A DNA stretch of 64,000 nucleotides from an uncultured Gemmatimonadales bacterium (GTDB taxonomy: Bacteria > Gemmatimonadota > Gemmatimonadetes > Gemmatimonadales > GWC2-71-9), in the NCBI GenBank assembly GCA_963771275.1, contig CAVYSW010000003.1:704001-768000 (forward strand), in the 5' to 3' direction. Position numbers and translations under genes: made by a program. Positions 9,833-20,552 of this stretch are shown here, piece by piece (positions within the stretch are counted from its first letter, which is position 1; every line of letters starts with the position of its first letter). The notes beneath the pieces were generated by a model. That model was not told where the DNA came from. It made no database searches and saw nothing but the letters and a program-made list of their open reading frames with translations.

Positions 9833-12571
9833 ATGAGCGCTCCCTCTGTGCGCATCCTCGTCTTGCTGGCGCTTGTCGCCGCGTCCGGCGTCCCCGCCGC
9901 CGCGCAGCAGCCGGCGTTCGACTTCTACGCGCGCGGGCCGTACCGGCCCGAGGTACCGCGGCCCGACAGCCTGCTGGGCTACGCGCCCGGCGCACGGCAG
10001 ACCCAATACGCCCAGCAGCAGGGCGTGCTCGACCGGCTGGTTGCCGCCTCCGCCGGTCGCGCGGCGTTCGAGACGATCGGCACGACCGAGGAAGGCCGCG
10101 TGATGCGGGTCGTGCTGATCTCGTCACCCACGAACCTCACGCGCCGCGACGCGATTCGGGCAGACCTCGCGCGCCTCGCCGATCCGGACAACACCGGCGC
10201 CGCGGAGGCGGGCGCCATCGCGGCGCGGACGCCAGCCGTCGTGTTCCTGTCCTACTCGATTCACGGCAACGAGCCGGGCGGGTTCGAGGCGGCCATGTGG
10301 GTCGCCTACCAGCTGATTGCGTCGGAGGAGCCGGCCACGCGCATGGTGCTCGACAGCGTGCTGGTGATCCTCAACCCATCGGCCAATCCGGACGGTCACG
10401 AGCGGTTCGCCACGTGGTACAACGCGACGGTGACGGGAGACGGCGCGGACGATCCGGCGAGCTACGAGTGGAACGAGCCGTGGAGCATCATGGGGCGCGT
10501 CAACCACTATCGGTTCGACATGAACCGCGACCTGATCGCCGTGTCCCAGGCGCCAACACGGGCGATGCTGGCGGCGATCCAGCGCTGGCATCCCCAGGTG
10601 TTCGTGGATCTCCACAGCACGACCGAGCAGTACTTCTTCCCGCCGTTCGCGGAGCCGGTGAACACGAATATCCCGGCGGCTTCGCTCAAGTGGATCGAGG
10701 TGTTCGGCCGCGGCAATGCCCAGGCGTTCGACCGCTACGGCTGGCAGTACTTCACGCGCGACCGGTTCGACGGGTTCTACGTCGGCTATTTCGACGCGGC
10801 GCCCACCGCCGCGGGCGCCACCGGCATGACGTACGAGACCGACGGCGGCAAGGCGTTCAAGCGCCGCCGGGACGACGGCACGATCATCACGTTCCGCGAC
10901 GGCATTGCGCATCACTTCGTGGCGTCGCTTGCGACCGCGGAGACGGCGGCCCTGCACCGCGGCCCCCGGCTCGCCGACTTCGCCGAGTTCTACCGCAGCG
11001 CCGTCAGCGACGCGCGCGCCGCCCGGATGAAGCGGATCGTCGTGCTGCCCGACGACGATCCCACCAACGCCGCCCGGCTGGCCACCATCCTGCTGCGCTA
11101 CGGCGTCACCGTCCGGCGACTCACCACGCCGTACACCACGGCCGCCGCCCATGCGTACCTCGGCCCTGCCGCGGCGCAGCGCCGGACGTTCCCCGGCGGC
11201 GCGCTGGTGGTGGACCTGGCGCAGCCGCAAGGGCGGATGGCGCGCGCGCTGCTCGAGCCCGACGCGGACGTCCCCGAGGCGTTCCGCCAGCGCGAGCTCG
11301 CGAAGTACCGGCGCAACGTCCGCCGCGGCGACGGCGAGACCGAAGGCTACGATTTCTACGATGTCACGGCGTGGTCGCTGCCGTACGCGATGGGCCTCGA
11401 CGCCTGGTGGACCGAGGACGCGGCGCCGGTGACCGGTGACGTGCTCACCATGGCCGACACCGATCCCGTGCGCGCGCTCGCCCCGGCGGGTGGCGCCAGC
11501 GGGCGGGCGGGATCGGCCTACGTGTTCCGCAACGACCGGCAGGCAGCCGCCGTGCTCGCGCTCGCGCTGCTCAAGGAGGGATTCGTGCTCAACGCGAGCA
11601 CCGAGCCGCTCCGGGCGGACGGCGCGACGTACCCCCGCGGGACCTTCGTGGCGCGGGTCACCCGCAATGCCGCGTCGCTCCACGAGCGGATCGCGGCGCT
11701 GGCGCGCGAGACCGGCGTCCTGGTTACCGCCGTGCAGTCCGCGTTTCCCGATTCGGGCCCGATCGGCGTGGGCTCCGAGGAAGTGCGACCCGTATTCCGC
11801 CCCCGCGTGCTGGTGGCGGCGGGCGACGGCGTGGCGCTATCCGGGTACGGCGAGTCGTGGTACTTCCTCGAGCGCGAGCTCGACTGCCCGTTCGTCCCCG
11901 TGGCGCTCGCGACGATCGGACGGATGCGGACGCTGTCCGACTACAACGTCCTGATCGTCCCGGGCGGGTCCGCGGCGGCAGTTCGCCAACAGCTCGGCAC
12001 GGGCGGCATCGACCGGCTCAAGGCGTGGGTGCGGGACGGCGGCGTGCTGATCACGTGGGGTGGCGCCGCGCTGTTCCTCTCGGCGGAAGGCGTCGACCTC
12101 AGCACCGTGAAGCGGCTCGGCGAGCCCGAGAAGGGCGCGGCGGAAAAGAAGAAAGGGGACACGCTGCCGGCCGACACGACGCTCACGCCCCCCCTGGCCT
12201 CACCGTCGGTGGACACGAGCGCGGTCGAGAGCATCCCCGGCGCGATCTTCCGCGCCGCGCTCGACCAGAGCCACTGGCTCACGTTCGGCTACGAGCGGAA
12301 GGAGCTGCCCGTCCCGATGGCGGGTGGGACGTTCCTCACGCCGTCCAAGTCGGGCGCCAACCCCGTCGCCTTCGTGGCGGACTCGTCCCGCCTCGCAGGC
12401 TTCGTCTGGCCCAACACGCAGCGCCTGCTCAAGGGCACGGTGTGGGCGGCCGTCGAGAGCCAGGGACGCGGGAGCGTCGTGCTGTTCGCGGACGATCCCC
12501 TGTTCCGGGCGTTCTGGCGCGGCACGGCGCGACTGGTGACGAATGCGATGCTGTTCGGGACCGGGAAGTGA
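9833..12571 (+). CDS. M14 family zinc carboxypeptidase with C-terminal glutamine-amidotransferase-like domain
   Basis: Signal peptide; SIHGNE, NPDGHER, NHYRFDMNRD, DLH zinc/substrate motifs. Confidence 0.9.
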   Translation: MSAPSVRILVLLALVAASGVPAAAQQPAFDFYARGPYRPEVPRPDSLLGYAPGARQTQYAQQQGVLDRLVAASAGRAAFETIGTTEEGRVMRVVLISSPTNLTRRDAIRADLARLADPDNTGAAEAGAIAARTPAVVFLSYSIHGNEPGGFEAAMWVAYQLIASEEPATRMVLDSVLVILNPSANPDGHERFATWYNATVTGDGADDPASYEWNEPWSIMGRVNHYRFDMNRDLIAVSQAPTRAMLAAIQRWHPQVFVDLHSTTEQYFFPPFAEPVNTNIPAASLKWIEVFGRGNAQAFDRYGWQYFTRDRFDGFYVGYFDAAPTAAGATGMTYETDGGKAFKRRRDDGTIITFRDGIAHHFVASLATAETAALHRGPRLADFAEFYRSAVSDARAARMKRIVVLPDDDPTNAARLATILLRYGVTVRRLTTPYTTAAAHAYLGPAAAQRRTFPGGALVVDLAQPQGRMARALLEPDADVPEAFRQRELAKYRRNVRRGDGETEGYDFYDVTAWSLPYAMGLDAWWTEDAAPVTGDVLTMADTDPVRALAPAGGASGRAGSAYVFRNDRQAAAVLALALLKEGFVLNASTEPLRADGATYPRGTFVARVTRNAASLHERIAALARETGVLVTAVQSAFPDSGPIGVGSEEVRPVFRPRVLVAAGDGVALSGYGESWYFLERELDCPFVPVALATIGRMRTLSDYNVLIVPGGSAAAVRQQLGTGGIDRLKAWVRDGGVLITWGGAALFLSAEGVDLSTVKRLGEPEKGAAEKKKGDTLPADTTLTPPLASPSVDTSAVESIPGAIFRAALDQSHWLTFGYERKELPVPMAGGTFLTPSKSGANPVAFVADSSRLAGFVWPNTQRLLKGTVWAAVESQGRGSVVLFADDPLFRAFWRGTARLVTNAMLFGTGK

Positions 12572-12582
12572 CGGTGAGCGGG

Positions 12583-12667
12583 GTGGGAAGTGAAGAGTGA
12601 ACAGTGAGAAGTGAAAAGAGGCTCCATGCCGGACCTTCTTTTCACTTTTCACTTTTCACTTTTCACT
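12583..12667. repeat. Inverted tandem-heptamer element, copy 2 (between convergent genes)
   Basis: gtgggaa gtgaaga gtgaaca gtgagaa gtgaaaa ... (ttttcac)x4. Confidence 0.9.
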
Positions 12668-12677
12668 ACCGGTCAGC

Positions 12678-13658
12678 TCACCGCTCTTCCCAGAACGCCC
12701 CCCGCTCGCGCTCCGGCACGGTCGCCGAGACCTCCGTCTTGCGCTTGTTGCGCATGATCTCGATGCGGATCTGGTCGCCCGGCTCGTAGGACCGCAGGAT
12801 CCTGACCGCGTGTGACGAGCTCGTCGGCACCCGGCCGCCGATCCGGAGGATCACGTCGCCGCTCTTGAGACCGAGGAGGGAGTCTTTCGGGGCGCGCACG
12901 ACCAGCAGCCCCTCGGTCGTCCCGAAGTAGCTCCCCAGGTCGGCGTCGAGACTCGTCAGCTCCATGTCCGACCAGCGATCGCCGGAGCCCACGGTGATGA
13001 ACACGCTTCCAAGCGGGCCCTCCTGCATCCTCAGCAGGGACCCGCGCGCCTGAAGCAGGGACCCGCGCGCCTGGTCGAGTGCGACCTTGTACGACCCCGT
13101 CAGCGTGCTGTCCGGCAGGTTGAAGCTGTAGGCGTAGCCGAAGTCGCTCATCTTGCGGGGAACGATCACCGCGTTCCTGGTCTCCTTGCCGCGCCGGTAC
13201 TGCACGCGGATCGAGTCACCCTCCTTTGCCTTGCGGACCAGCTCGAGCAGCCGGTTACCCGGTGCCTGATCGCCTTTCGTGACCGCGAGGCGCTCGTCAT
13301 TCAGCTTGATGATGATGTCTCCCGCCCGCAGTCCGGCGTTGTCGGCCGGGCCGTCGGGGGTCACCGCCTGCAGCGTCGCCCCGATCGAGTCGGTGGCGGG
13401 GCTGCGCTCGGTCTGGAGGATCACGCCCAGGCGTGGCCGGTCACCGCCCGCGAGCGTAAACGCCATCGCCTCCGGCAGGGCCATCCTCAACCGCGTTGCC
13501 TCCGCCACGCCCAGCTTGCGCTGGATGTCGCGCATCTCCACTTCCAGTTGGCGCAGCCGTTGCTGCAGCTCGAGCCGCTGCTGCTCCGTCATCTGTTGCG
13601 CGCTCGCGCTGCCGGTGATCAGCAGCAGGCCGAGCGCGGCCAGCATGAACCGCTTCAT
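12678..13658 (-). CDS. Secreted tandem PDZ-domain protein without protease domain
   Basis: Signal peptide, coiled coil, PRLGV...VTPDGPADNAGLRAGDII and GLKSGDVILRIGG PDZ motifs. Confidence 0.85.
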   Translation of the reverse strand: MKRFMLAALGLLLITGSASAQQMTEQQRLELQQRLRQLEVEMRDIQRKLGVAEATRLRMALPEAMAFTLAGGDRPRLGVILQTERSPATDSIGATLQAVTPDGPADNAGLRAGDIIIKLNDERLAVTKGDQAPGNRLLELVRKAKEGDSIRVQYRRGKETRNAVIVPRKMSDFGYAYSFNLPDSTLTGSYKVALDQARGSLLQARGSLLRMQEGPLGSVFITVGSGDRWSDMELTSLDADLGSYFGTTEGLLVVRAPKDSLLGLKSGDVILRIGGRVPTSSSHAVRILRSYEPGDQIRIEIMRNKRKTEVSATVPERERGAFWEER

Positions 13659-13688
13659 GTGCTCCAGCTCCTTCCGTTTCCAGTCGGG

Positions 13689-14297
13689 CTAAAACCCGAC
13701 GTAAGACACCCTGGTGACGTGCGCGTTCACGAGCGCGTCCATCAGCTCCACTCGATTGCGCCACAGTCCCACGAGATCGCCCGATGTGTCGCCGCGGGTG
13801 TTCTCCTGCACGATCCCGGCGTCCACCAGCGCGATCCGGTCTTCGAGATCCGCGATGACGCCCGCCGCCCGCGCGTTGAGCACCCGGCCATCCGGCCCGT
13901 AGGAGCGGAGCGCGGCCTCCAGCTGCTGCGACTGACTCATCAGGGTCGCGAGCTCGGCCGCCGTGGCGGGCGCGCCCGGCGACGCGCTCCCCGCTCCGGT
14001 AACGAGCGCCCGCCCTCCGACCGCGAGCACGATCCCCGCCGCGACCGCCAACGCGCCCCATACCGCGCGCCGCACGCGCGCGGCGCGGCGCTCGCGCTCG
14101 GCCGCGGCCCGGACCTCCGGCCAGCGGTCCCGCGGCGGCCGCCGCGCCCCCAGCGCCCGCAGCGCCGCGACGCGGCGGTGCAGCAGATCGAGCTCGTGCT
14201 GGCAGCTCGGGCACTCGTCCAAGTGCCCGCGGGCCCACACCGAGCCCTCGCCATCCCGGACGGCGACCAGCTCAGCCATCGTGCAATGTTTGCGCAT
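13689..14297 (-). CDS. Putative anti-sigma factor (zinc-binding HxxxCxxC, single TM)
   Basis: GHLDECPSC motif, one TM segment, directly downstream of an ECF sigma. Confidence 0.8.
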   Translation of the reverse strand: MRKHCTMAELVAVRDGEGSVWARGHLDECPSCQHELDLLHRRVAALRALGARRPPRDRWPEVRAAAERERRAARVRRAVWGALAVAAGIVLAVGGRALVTGAGSASPGAPATAAELATLMSQSQQLEAALRSYGPDGRVLNARAAGVIADLEDRIALVDAGIVQENTRGDTSGDLVGLWRNRVELMDALVNAHVTRVSYVGF

Positions 14298-14301
14298 CTG
14301 C

Positions 14302-14838
14302 CTACTCCCCGCCGAGCCACCCGCGCAGACGCAGGTGCGCCCGCGCGAGCTGCGATTTCGAGAAGCTGACCGTCTTCCCCATCATCTCGGCGATATCCTC
14401 GTGTGTGTACCCCTCCACGTCGTGCAGCCAGACCACCGCCCGTGACGTCTCCGGCAGCCGCGTGAGCGCCGCCTCGAGGTCCAGCTGCAACCCCACATCG
14501 GCCACCGGCGAGCCGGCAACCGCGCCGTCCTCGGGCAGCTCGTCCGCGTCGCGGTAGCGCTCCCGCCGAATCCGCATCAGCGCCTTGCTCGCCGCGATCC
14601 GCTTGACCCATGCCGTGAGACTCCCAGGACCGGTGCCGCGAAACCCCCGGATGCTGCGGCACACCTCCAGGAACGTCTCCTGGAGCACGTCCTCGGCGTC
14701 CTCTTCCGCCCGGCAGATCCGGCGGGCACCTGTGTACACCATGCCTTCGTAGGCCCGGTACACGCGCTCCAAGGCGTCCAGATCGCCGCTCTTCGCCCGC
14801 TCGATTGCGATGTCGTCGAGGACGCCGCTCACCGCCAT
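14302..14838 (-). CDS. ECF RNA polymerase sigma factor
   Basis: DAEDVLQETF, WVKRIA, LHDVEGYTHEDIAEMMG..SKSQLARA. Confidence 0.93.
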   Translation of the reverse strand: MAVSGVLDDIAIERAKSGDLDALERVYRAYEGMVYTGARRICRAEEDAEDVLQETFLEVCRSIRGFRGTGPGSLTAWVKRIAASKALMRIRRERYRDADELPEDGAVAGSPVADVGLQLDLEAALTRLPETSRAVVWLHDVEGYTHEDIAEMMGKTVSFSKSQLARAHLRLRGWLGGE

Positions 14839-14898
14839 GTCCGCTCGCGTGTCACGGTCACAGAGATAGATGCGGGAACGGGGAGGAGGGTCGCAAGG

Positions 14899-14980
14899 GA
14901 GTGAAACGTGAGAAGTGAAAAGCAAGAAAAAAGGGGCCGTCGGCAGACCGGGCCCCAGTTCACTTTTCACGTTTCACTCT
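14899..14980. repeat. Inverted tandem-heptamer element, copy 3, enclosing the leuS terminator
   Basis: gtgaaac gtgagaa gtgaaaa ... agttcac ttttcac gtttcac. Confidence 0.85.
14927..14956 (-). terminator. Rho-independent terminator of leuS
   Basis: Minus strand GGGGCC...GGCCCC stem followed by TTTTTT. Confidence 0.75.
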
Positions 14981-14997
14981 GGCTCCCCGCGGCTCCC

Positions 14998-17445
14998 CTA
15001 CACCACGAGATTCACCAACCGGTCCTTCACGTAGATCGCCTTCAGTATCTGCTTGCCCTCAATGAACTTACGCACGGTCTCGTCGGCCTGCGCTCCGGCG
15101 ATCGCGTCCGCCTCCGCGATCCCGGGGGGCACGCGCAACCGGCCCCGGACCTTGCCGTTGACCTGCACCACCAGCTCCACCTCGTCGTCGGCCGCGAGCG
15201 CCGTGTCGTAGCTCGGCCACCGGGCCGCGAACACCGACTCCGTGTGCCCCAACCGTTCCCAGCATTCCTCGGCGAAGTGCGGCGCGAACGGCGCCAGCAT
15301 GATGACGAGCGGCTCCACCAGCTCCTGCCGCACCTCCCCCCGCTCCCCACCCTCCCGCCCCTGCCCCTCCTTCTTCAGCAGGTTCAGATACTCCATCAGC
15401 TTGGCGATGGCGGTGTTGTAGCGCAGCCCGGCGAGGTCGTCGGTCACGCCACGCACGGTCTGGTGCAGCTTGCGCCGCGCCTCCGCCGGCGCCGCACCCC
15501 CCGGCCCCACCTGGCCCACCAGCTCGAAGATCCGATCGAGGAACCGCCGCTGGCCCACGATGCCCTGGTCCCGGAAGTCCCCGCCCTCCTGGTATGGCCC
15601 GAGGAACATGAGGTAGAGGCGGAGCGTGTCGGCACCCCACTGTGCGATGTACTCGTCCGGCACCACGACGTTGCCCCGCGACTTGGACATCTTCGCTCCG
15701 TCCTTGACGATCGTGCCGTGCGCGCGGAACCGGGGAAACGGCTCGTCGAAGGGGAGGTGCCCGAGGTCGTGGAGCACCATGGTGATGAACCGGGCGTACA
15801 TCAGGTGCAGCACGGCGTGCTCGTTGCCGCCGATGTACGAATCCACCGGCAGCCACTGCTGCGTCAGCGCCGCGTCGAACGCCCGGTCGGCGAACGCGGT
15901 GGACGGATAGCGCAGGAAGTACCACGCGGAGTCGAGGAACGTGTCCGACACGTCGGTTTCCCGCCGCGCCCGCCCGCCGCACTGGGGGCAGGCCACGCGG
16001 TACCACTCCTCGTGGCGCGCGAGGGGCGAAACCCCGCTCTCGTCCGGCCGGTAGTCCTCGATCTCCGGAAGCCGCACCGGCAGGTCCCGTTCGGGCACCG
16101 GCACGATGCCACAGCGCTCGCAGTAGATGATCGGGATCGGCGGGCCCCAGTACCGCTGCCGCGAGATGCACCAGTCGTGCAGCCGGTACTGCACCCGGCC
16201 GGTGGCGAGCCCCTTCTCCGCCAGCCAGCGCGTGATGGCACCGACGGCCTCGACGCAGCCCATGCCGTCGAACCGGCCCGAATGCACGAGGACGCCGTCC
16301 CAGCCCGTGTAGAGCGCCGCGTCATCCCCGCTTGCGGGCCGCACCACCCGGGTGATCGGCAGGCCGAACGCGGTGGCGAACTCGTGATCCCGCTCGTCGT
16401 GCGCCGGCACGGCCATGATGGCCCCGGTGCCGTACTCCATCAGCACGTAGTCGGCGATCCAGATCGGCACCGTCTCGCCGGTCGCCGGATTGCGCGCGTA
16501 GGACCCGGTGAAGACGCCGGTCTTCTCCTTGGAGCCGACGCGGCGCGACACGATGTCCATGCGCTGCACGCGGCGGCGGTACGCGCTCACGTCGGACTGC
16601 CGCTCCGCCGCGGTGAGGCGATCCACCAGCGGATGCTCGGGCGCCAGCACCACGTAGGTCGCGCCGAACACCGTGTCGGGCCGGGTGGTGAATACCGTGA
16701 TCGCATCGCCCACCGGGGTCTGGAACACCAGCTCCGCGCCCTCGGAGCGGCCGATCCAGTTGCGCTGCAGCGTGCGCGTCGAGTCCGACCAGTCGAGGTG
16801 CTCGAGGTCGTCGAGCAGCCGCTCGGCGAACCGCGTGATCGCGAAGAACCACTGCTCCAGCACCCGCTGCGTCACCGCGGTCTCCGGGTGCCGCTCGCAG
16901 AAGCCGTTGATCACCTGCTCGTTGGCGAGCACGGTCTTGCACTCGGGACACCAGTTGACCGGCGCCTTCTTCTTGTACGCGAGGCCCGCCTTGAGCAGCT
17001 GCAGGAAGATCCACTGGGTCCACTTGTAGTACGCCGGGTCCGTCGTCGAGACCGCGTGGCCCCAGTGCACCATCAGGCCGACGCGGGTCAGCTGATCCCG
17101 GAACCGCGCGATGTTGCGCGGGATGAGCTGCGCGGGGTGCGTGTTGACCTTGAGCGCGTAGTTCTCGGAGTGGATCCCGAACGCGTCGAACCCGATGGGC
17201 TCGAACACGTCGTCCCCCGCCAGCCGCCGGTAGCGGCCGAAGATGTCGGCGCCCACGAAGGCGAACACGTTCCCGACGTGCAGGCCCTCGGCGGACGGGT
17301 ACGGGAACATCATGAGGTTGTAGAACGGCCGCGCCGCGCGGGTGACGTCGAGGGCGTTGGTGCCCCGCTCGACCCAGCGGCGCTGCCACTTCGCCTCGAC
17401 GGCGGCGGGATCGTACGACGTCGCGGACCCTCGGGAATCTGCCAT
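14998..17445 (-). CDS. leuS: Leucine--tRNA ligase
   Basis: [14 protein letters not shown] (HIGH), FTTRPDT editing domain, [23 protein letters not shown]. Confidence 0.98.
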   Translation of the reverse strand: MADSRGSATSYDPAAVEAKWQRRWVERGTNALDVTRAARPFYNLMMFPYPSAEGLHVGNVFAFVGADIFGRYRRLAGDDVFEPIGFDAFGIHSENYALKVNTHPAQLIPRNIARFRDQLTRVGLMVHWGHAVSTTDPAYYKWTQWIFLQLLKAGLAYKKKAPVNWCPECKTVLANEQVINGFCERHPETAVTQRVLEQWFFAITRFAERLLDDLEHLDWSDSTRTLQRNWIGRSEGAELVFQTPVGDAITVFTTRPDTVFGATYVVLAPEHPLVDRLTAAERQSDVSAYRRRVQRMDIVSRRVGSKEKTGVFTGSYARNPATGETVPIWIADYVLMEYGTGAIMAVPAHDERDHEFATAFGLPITRVVRPASGDDAALYTGWDGVLVHSGRFDGMGCVEAVGAITRWLAEKGLATGRVQYRLHDWCISRQRYWGPPIPIIYCERCGIVPVPERDLPVRLPEIEDYRPDESGVSPLARHEEWYRVACPQCGGRARRETDVSDTFLDSAWYFLRYPSTAFADRAFDAALTQQWLPVDSYIGGNEHAVLHLMYARFITMVLHDLGHLPFDEPFPRFRAHGTIVKDGAKMSKSRGNVVVPDEYIAQWGADTLRLYLMFLGPYQEGGDFRDQGIVGQRRFLDRIFELVGQVGPGGAAPAEARRKLHQTVRGVTDDLAGLRYNTAIAKLMEYLNLLKKEGQGREGGERGEVRQELVEPLVIMLAPFAPHFAEECWERLGHTESVFAARWPSYDTALAADDEVELVVQVNGKVRGRLRVPPGIAEADAIAGAQADETVRKFIEGKQILKAIYVKDRLVNLVV

Positions 17446-17508
17446 AGCGCGATAATCTACAGCCGCTTGCCGCCCTTGTGTGCCCGCCGTACCTTACCCC
17501 GCGCCGCC

Positions 17509-19599
17509 ATGCCTACCGCGTCCCGCCTGCGCAATACGATCCTCGGCGTCTCCATTCCGACGACCGTCGTGGCGGTCGCCATCGGCGCCTGGCTCGCGAT
17601 GCAGCTCACGGCGGTCCCGGTGGAGCAGGCTGCGCTCGAGGGCGTCCGCCAGGTGAGCATCCGGGGCGCCGTCGACGTGACCACGTTTCTCGACGCGGCC
17701 CGGCGCGACCTGCGGCGGGTCGCCGCCGCTCCCAGCGTGGTCGCGGCGGCCCGCGAGGCGGGCGTCGAGGCGGTGCGGCGCGGCCTGACGGGTCTGAGCC
17801 CGGAGGTCCTCGAGGATCGCTTCGCCGAAAACCGCGCCCTGCTGCGCGATCCCGTGCTGCAGCGCTACCTCACCACCGTGCGCGACTCCTCCGAATTCGT
17901 GGAGCTGACGCTGACCGACCGCACCGGCCTCACCGCCCTCACGGCCGGCCAGCCGGTGGACTTCGTGCAGTCGGACGAGGAGTGGTGGCAGCAGGCGTTC
18001 GCCACCGGGAGCTACGTGGGACCGCCGCAGTTCGACGAGACGGCCGGCGCTGCGGCGCTCGACCTCGCCGTCCGGGTGGACGATCCCGCGACGGGGCGGC
18101 CGGTGGGCGTGTTGCGCGGCCCGATCCGTCTCGCGCGCCTCGCCGAGCGCCTGTCTGCGGAGTCCGAGGCGACCATCGTCGAGGTCGTGGACTCGGCCGG
18201 ACGGGTCGTGGCGACGCGCGACAGCAGCCGACTGCTCCGCATCTCCTCGCTCGCCGAGTGGTTCAACCGCGACGAGAGCGCCGTGGCGGGCCGCTTCACG
18301 ATCGCCGGGACCGGCCGCTGGGTGGTGGCCGCCGCGCCCACCGCGGGTGGCACCTGGTGGGTGCTGGCCCGAGAGCCGGAGCCCACGACGTTCCGGACCG
18401 CTAACGGCATCCGTCGGGTCATCACGATCTCGGCCGTCGTATTGCTCGTGGCGCTCCTCGGCGTCCTGGGCGTCGTCACCGGCTGGCTCGACCGGCGCGT
18501 CACCGGACCGGTGCGTGGCGCCGTCGAGGTCGCGACCCGGGTGGCGGGCGGCGATCTCACCGTCGAGGTCCCCCAGCTGACCGGGGGCGCGGGCGAAGCG
18601 GACGCGCTGCTCACGTCGTTCCGGACGATGGTCACGGAGCTCCGGGTCCTGGTGTCCGGGATCCGCGCGTCGGCGGAGGAGCTGGCCGCGATGGCGCAGC
18701 AGATCTCCGCGTCCACCGAGCAGATGTCGGCCTCGACCGAGGAGATGGCCGCGACCTCGCAGCGGCTCACCGATCAGGCCACGGAGCAGGCCGGCCAGGT
18801 GCGGAGCGCCGCCGGTGACGCGGAGCGGATCCTCTCGATCGCCACGCAGCTCGCCGCCGGGGCGCAGCTCGCCGCCGAGCGCAGCGGGGCGCTGCGCGAG
18901 ACCGCCGAGGGCAACCGCGTGCGGCTCGTGGCCGGGAGCGAGCAGCTGGCGCAGCTGGCCGCGGAGATCGAAAAGGGGGCGAGCGAGGCGACGCTGCTGG
19001 CCGGCCTCTCGGCCGAGATCCAGCAGTTCGTGACGCAGACGAGAGTCATCGCGACGCGGACCAACATGCTGGCGCTCAATGCGGCGATCGAAGCCGCGCG
19101 GGCCGGCGCCGAGGGCCAGGGCTTCGCGGTCGTCGCGGACGAGGTGCGGAAGCTCGCCAGCCAGGCCGCGCAGGCGGCCCAGACCACGTCGGACACCGTC
19201 GGCCGCGTGGTGCAGGGCATGACCGCCACGCGAGACCGGCTGGCGCGGCTCGCGCGCGAGAGCGTGGTGGTGCGCGGGATCGCGGACGGGGCGGCACGCG
19301 GGCTGGAGGAAGTGACCCAGCAGGCGGTGGAGGGGAACGCCTGGGCCGACGAAATCTCCAGCGCCGCCGGGGAGGCGAAGCTGCTCGTCCAGGAGATCAC
19401 CGAGCGGCTGCAGGGCATCGCGGCGGGGACCGAATCGGCCGTGGCGGCGATCGAGCAGATCGCCGCGGCCGCCGAGGAGCAGAGCGCCTCCACCGAGGAG
19501 GTCGCGAGCTCGGCCGCGCATCTGGCGGAGGCGTCCGAGCGGCTCAACGCCGGCGTGAGCCGGTTCCGACTGCTCGAAGGCTCCGGCTCGGGCGACTAG
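17509..19599 (+). CDS. Methyl-accepting chemotaxis protein (periplasmic Cache-like domain, HAMP, signalling domain)
   Basis: Two TM segments, [48 protein letters not shown]. Confidence 0.92.
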   Translation: MPTASRLRNTILGVSIPTTVVAVAIGAWLAMQLTAVPVEQAALEGVRQVSIRGAVDVTTFLDAARRDLRRVAAAPSVVAAAREAGVEAVRRGLTGLSPEVLEDRFAENRALLRDPVLQRYLTTVRDSSEFVELTLTDRTGLTALTAGQPVDFVQSDEEWWQQAFATGSYVGPPQFDETAGAAALDLAVRVDDPATGRPVGVLRGPIRLARLAERLSAESEATIVEVVDSAGRVVATRDSSRLLRISSLAEWFNRDESAVAGRFTIAGTGRWVVAAAPTAGGTWWVLAREPEPTTFRTANGIRRVITISAVVLLVALLGVLGVVTGWLDRRVTGPVRGAVEVATRVAGGDLTVEVPQLTGGAGEADALLTSFRTMVTELRVLVSGIRASAEELAAMAQQISASTEQMSASTEEMAATSQRLTDQATEQAGQVRSAAGDAERILSIATQLAAGAQLAAERSGALRETAEGNRVRLVAGSEQLAQLAAEIEKGASEATLLAGLSAEIQQFVTQTRVIATRTNMLALNAAIEAARAGAEGQGFAVVADEVRKLASQAAQAAQTTSDTVGRVVQGMTATRDRLARLARESVVVRGIADGAARGLEEVTQQAVEGNAWADEISSAAGEAKLLVQEITERLQGIAAGTESAVAAIEQIAAAAEEQSASTEEVASSAAHLAEASERLNAGVSRFRLLEGSGSGD

Positions 19600-20552
19600 C
19601 GTCCGGCGCCGTTCACCGCTCCCCGGACGACCCCCTCGAGCAGCGCGTCGCGCACCGCGCCGCAGATCTCCAGCGCCACCCGTTCCTGCGCCTCTCCCGT
19701 GGATGCCGCCAGATGCGGCGTCAGCACCAGCCGTTCCGACCGGCGGAGCGGCGACTCCGCCGGCAGGGGCTCCGCACCGAACACGTCCAGCGCCGCGCCC
19801 GCGATGGCACCGCTTTCCAGCGCGCGGAGCAGGGCGGTCTCGTCGATCAGCCCGCCACGCGCCGTGTTGATCACCACGGCGGTCGGCTTCATGAGACGCA
19901 GGCGCCGAGCATCGAGCAGGTGCCGGGTCTCCTCGACGAGCGGCAGGTGCAGGGTCACCACGTCGGCGCCGGCGAGCAGCTCGTCGAGCGCCACCAACTC
20001 CACGCCCAGCTCGTGGCCCCGCGCAGCCGGAACGTAGGGGTCGTGGGCCATCAGCCGCATCCCGAACCCCCGGGCGATTCCCGCCACGTGGAGGCCGATC
20101 CGGCCGAGGCCCACGATCCCCAGCAGCTTGCCGTGGAGCTCGGCGCCGCCGAATGCCTTGCGGTCCCAGCCGCCCGACCGCATGCTCTGCGTCGCCCAGG
20201 GCACGCGGCGGACGAGCGCGAGCAGCAGGGCGAAGGTGTGCTCTGCCGCGCTCACCGTATTCGCGCCCGGCGTGTTGAGGACCACGATCCCGCGCCGCCT
20301 GGCCGCGGCGAGATCGATGTTGTCCACCCCCATGCCGGCCCGCGCGATCAGCTTGAGCCGCGCCCCGGCCGCGATCAGATCGGCGGTGACCTGCGTGTCG
20401 GATCGCACGAGCAGCGCGTCCGCCCGGGGCAGCTCCCGTCGGAGCGCCGTCGCGTCGCCGATCGCCGAGACGACCTCGAGCTCCGGCCGGGCCGTCAGCA
20501 GGGCGAGCCCCGCCTCGCCAATCCGGTCGCTCACCAGCACGACGTGGGTCAT
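19596..20552 (-). CDS. serA: D-3-phosphoglycerate dehydrogenase-like 2-hydroxyacid dehydrogenase (short form, no ACT domain)
   Basis: [46 protein letters not shown]. Confidence 0.8.
   Translation of the reverse strand: MTHVVLVSDRIGEAGLALLTARPELEVVSAIGDATALRRELPRADALLVRSDTQVTADLIAAGARLKLIARAGMGVDNIDLAAARRRGIVVLNTPGANTVSAAEHTFALLLALVRRVPWATQSMRSGGWDRKAFGGAELHGKLLGIVGLGRIGLHVAGIARGFGMRLMAHDPYVPAARGHELGVELVALDELLAGADVVTLHLPLVEETRHLLDARRLRLMKPTAVVINTARGGLIDETALLRALESGAIAGAALDVFGAEPLPAESPLRRSERLVLTPHLAASTGEAQERVALEICGAVRDALLEGVVRGAVNGAGR

Noticed and set aside
14908..17508. N-terminal ~870 aa of the 1563-aa ORF
   Set aside because: Antisense to leuS; the MCP plausibly starts at 17509
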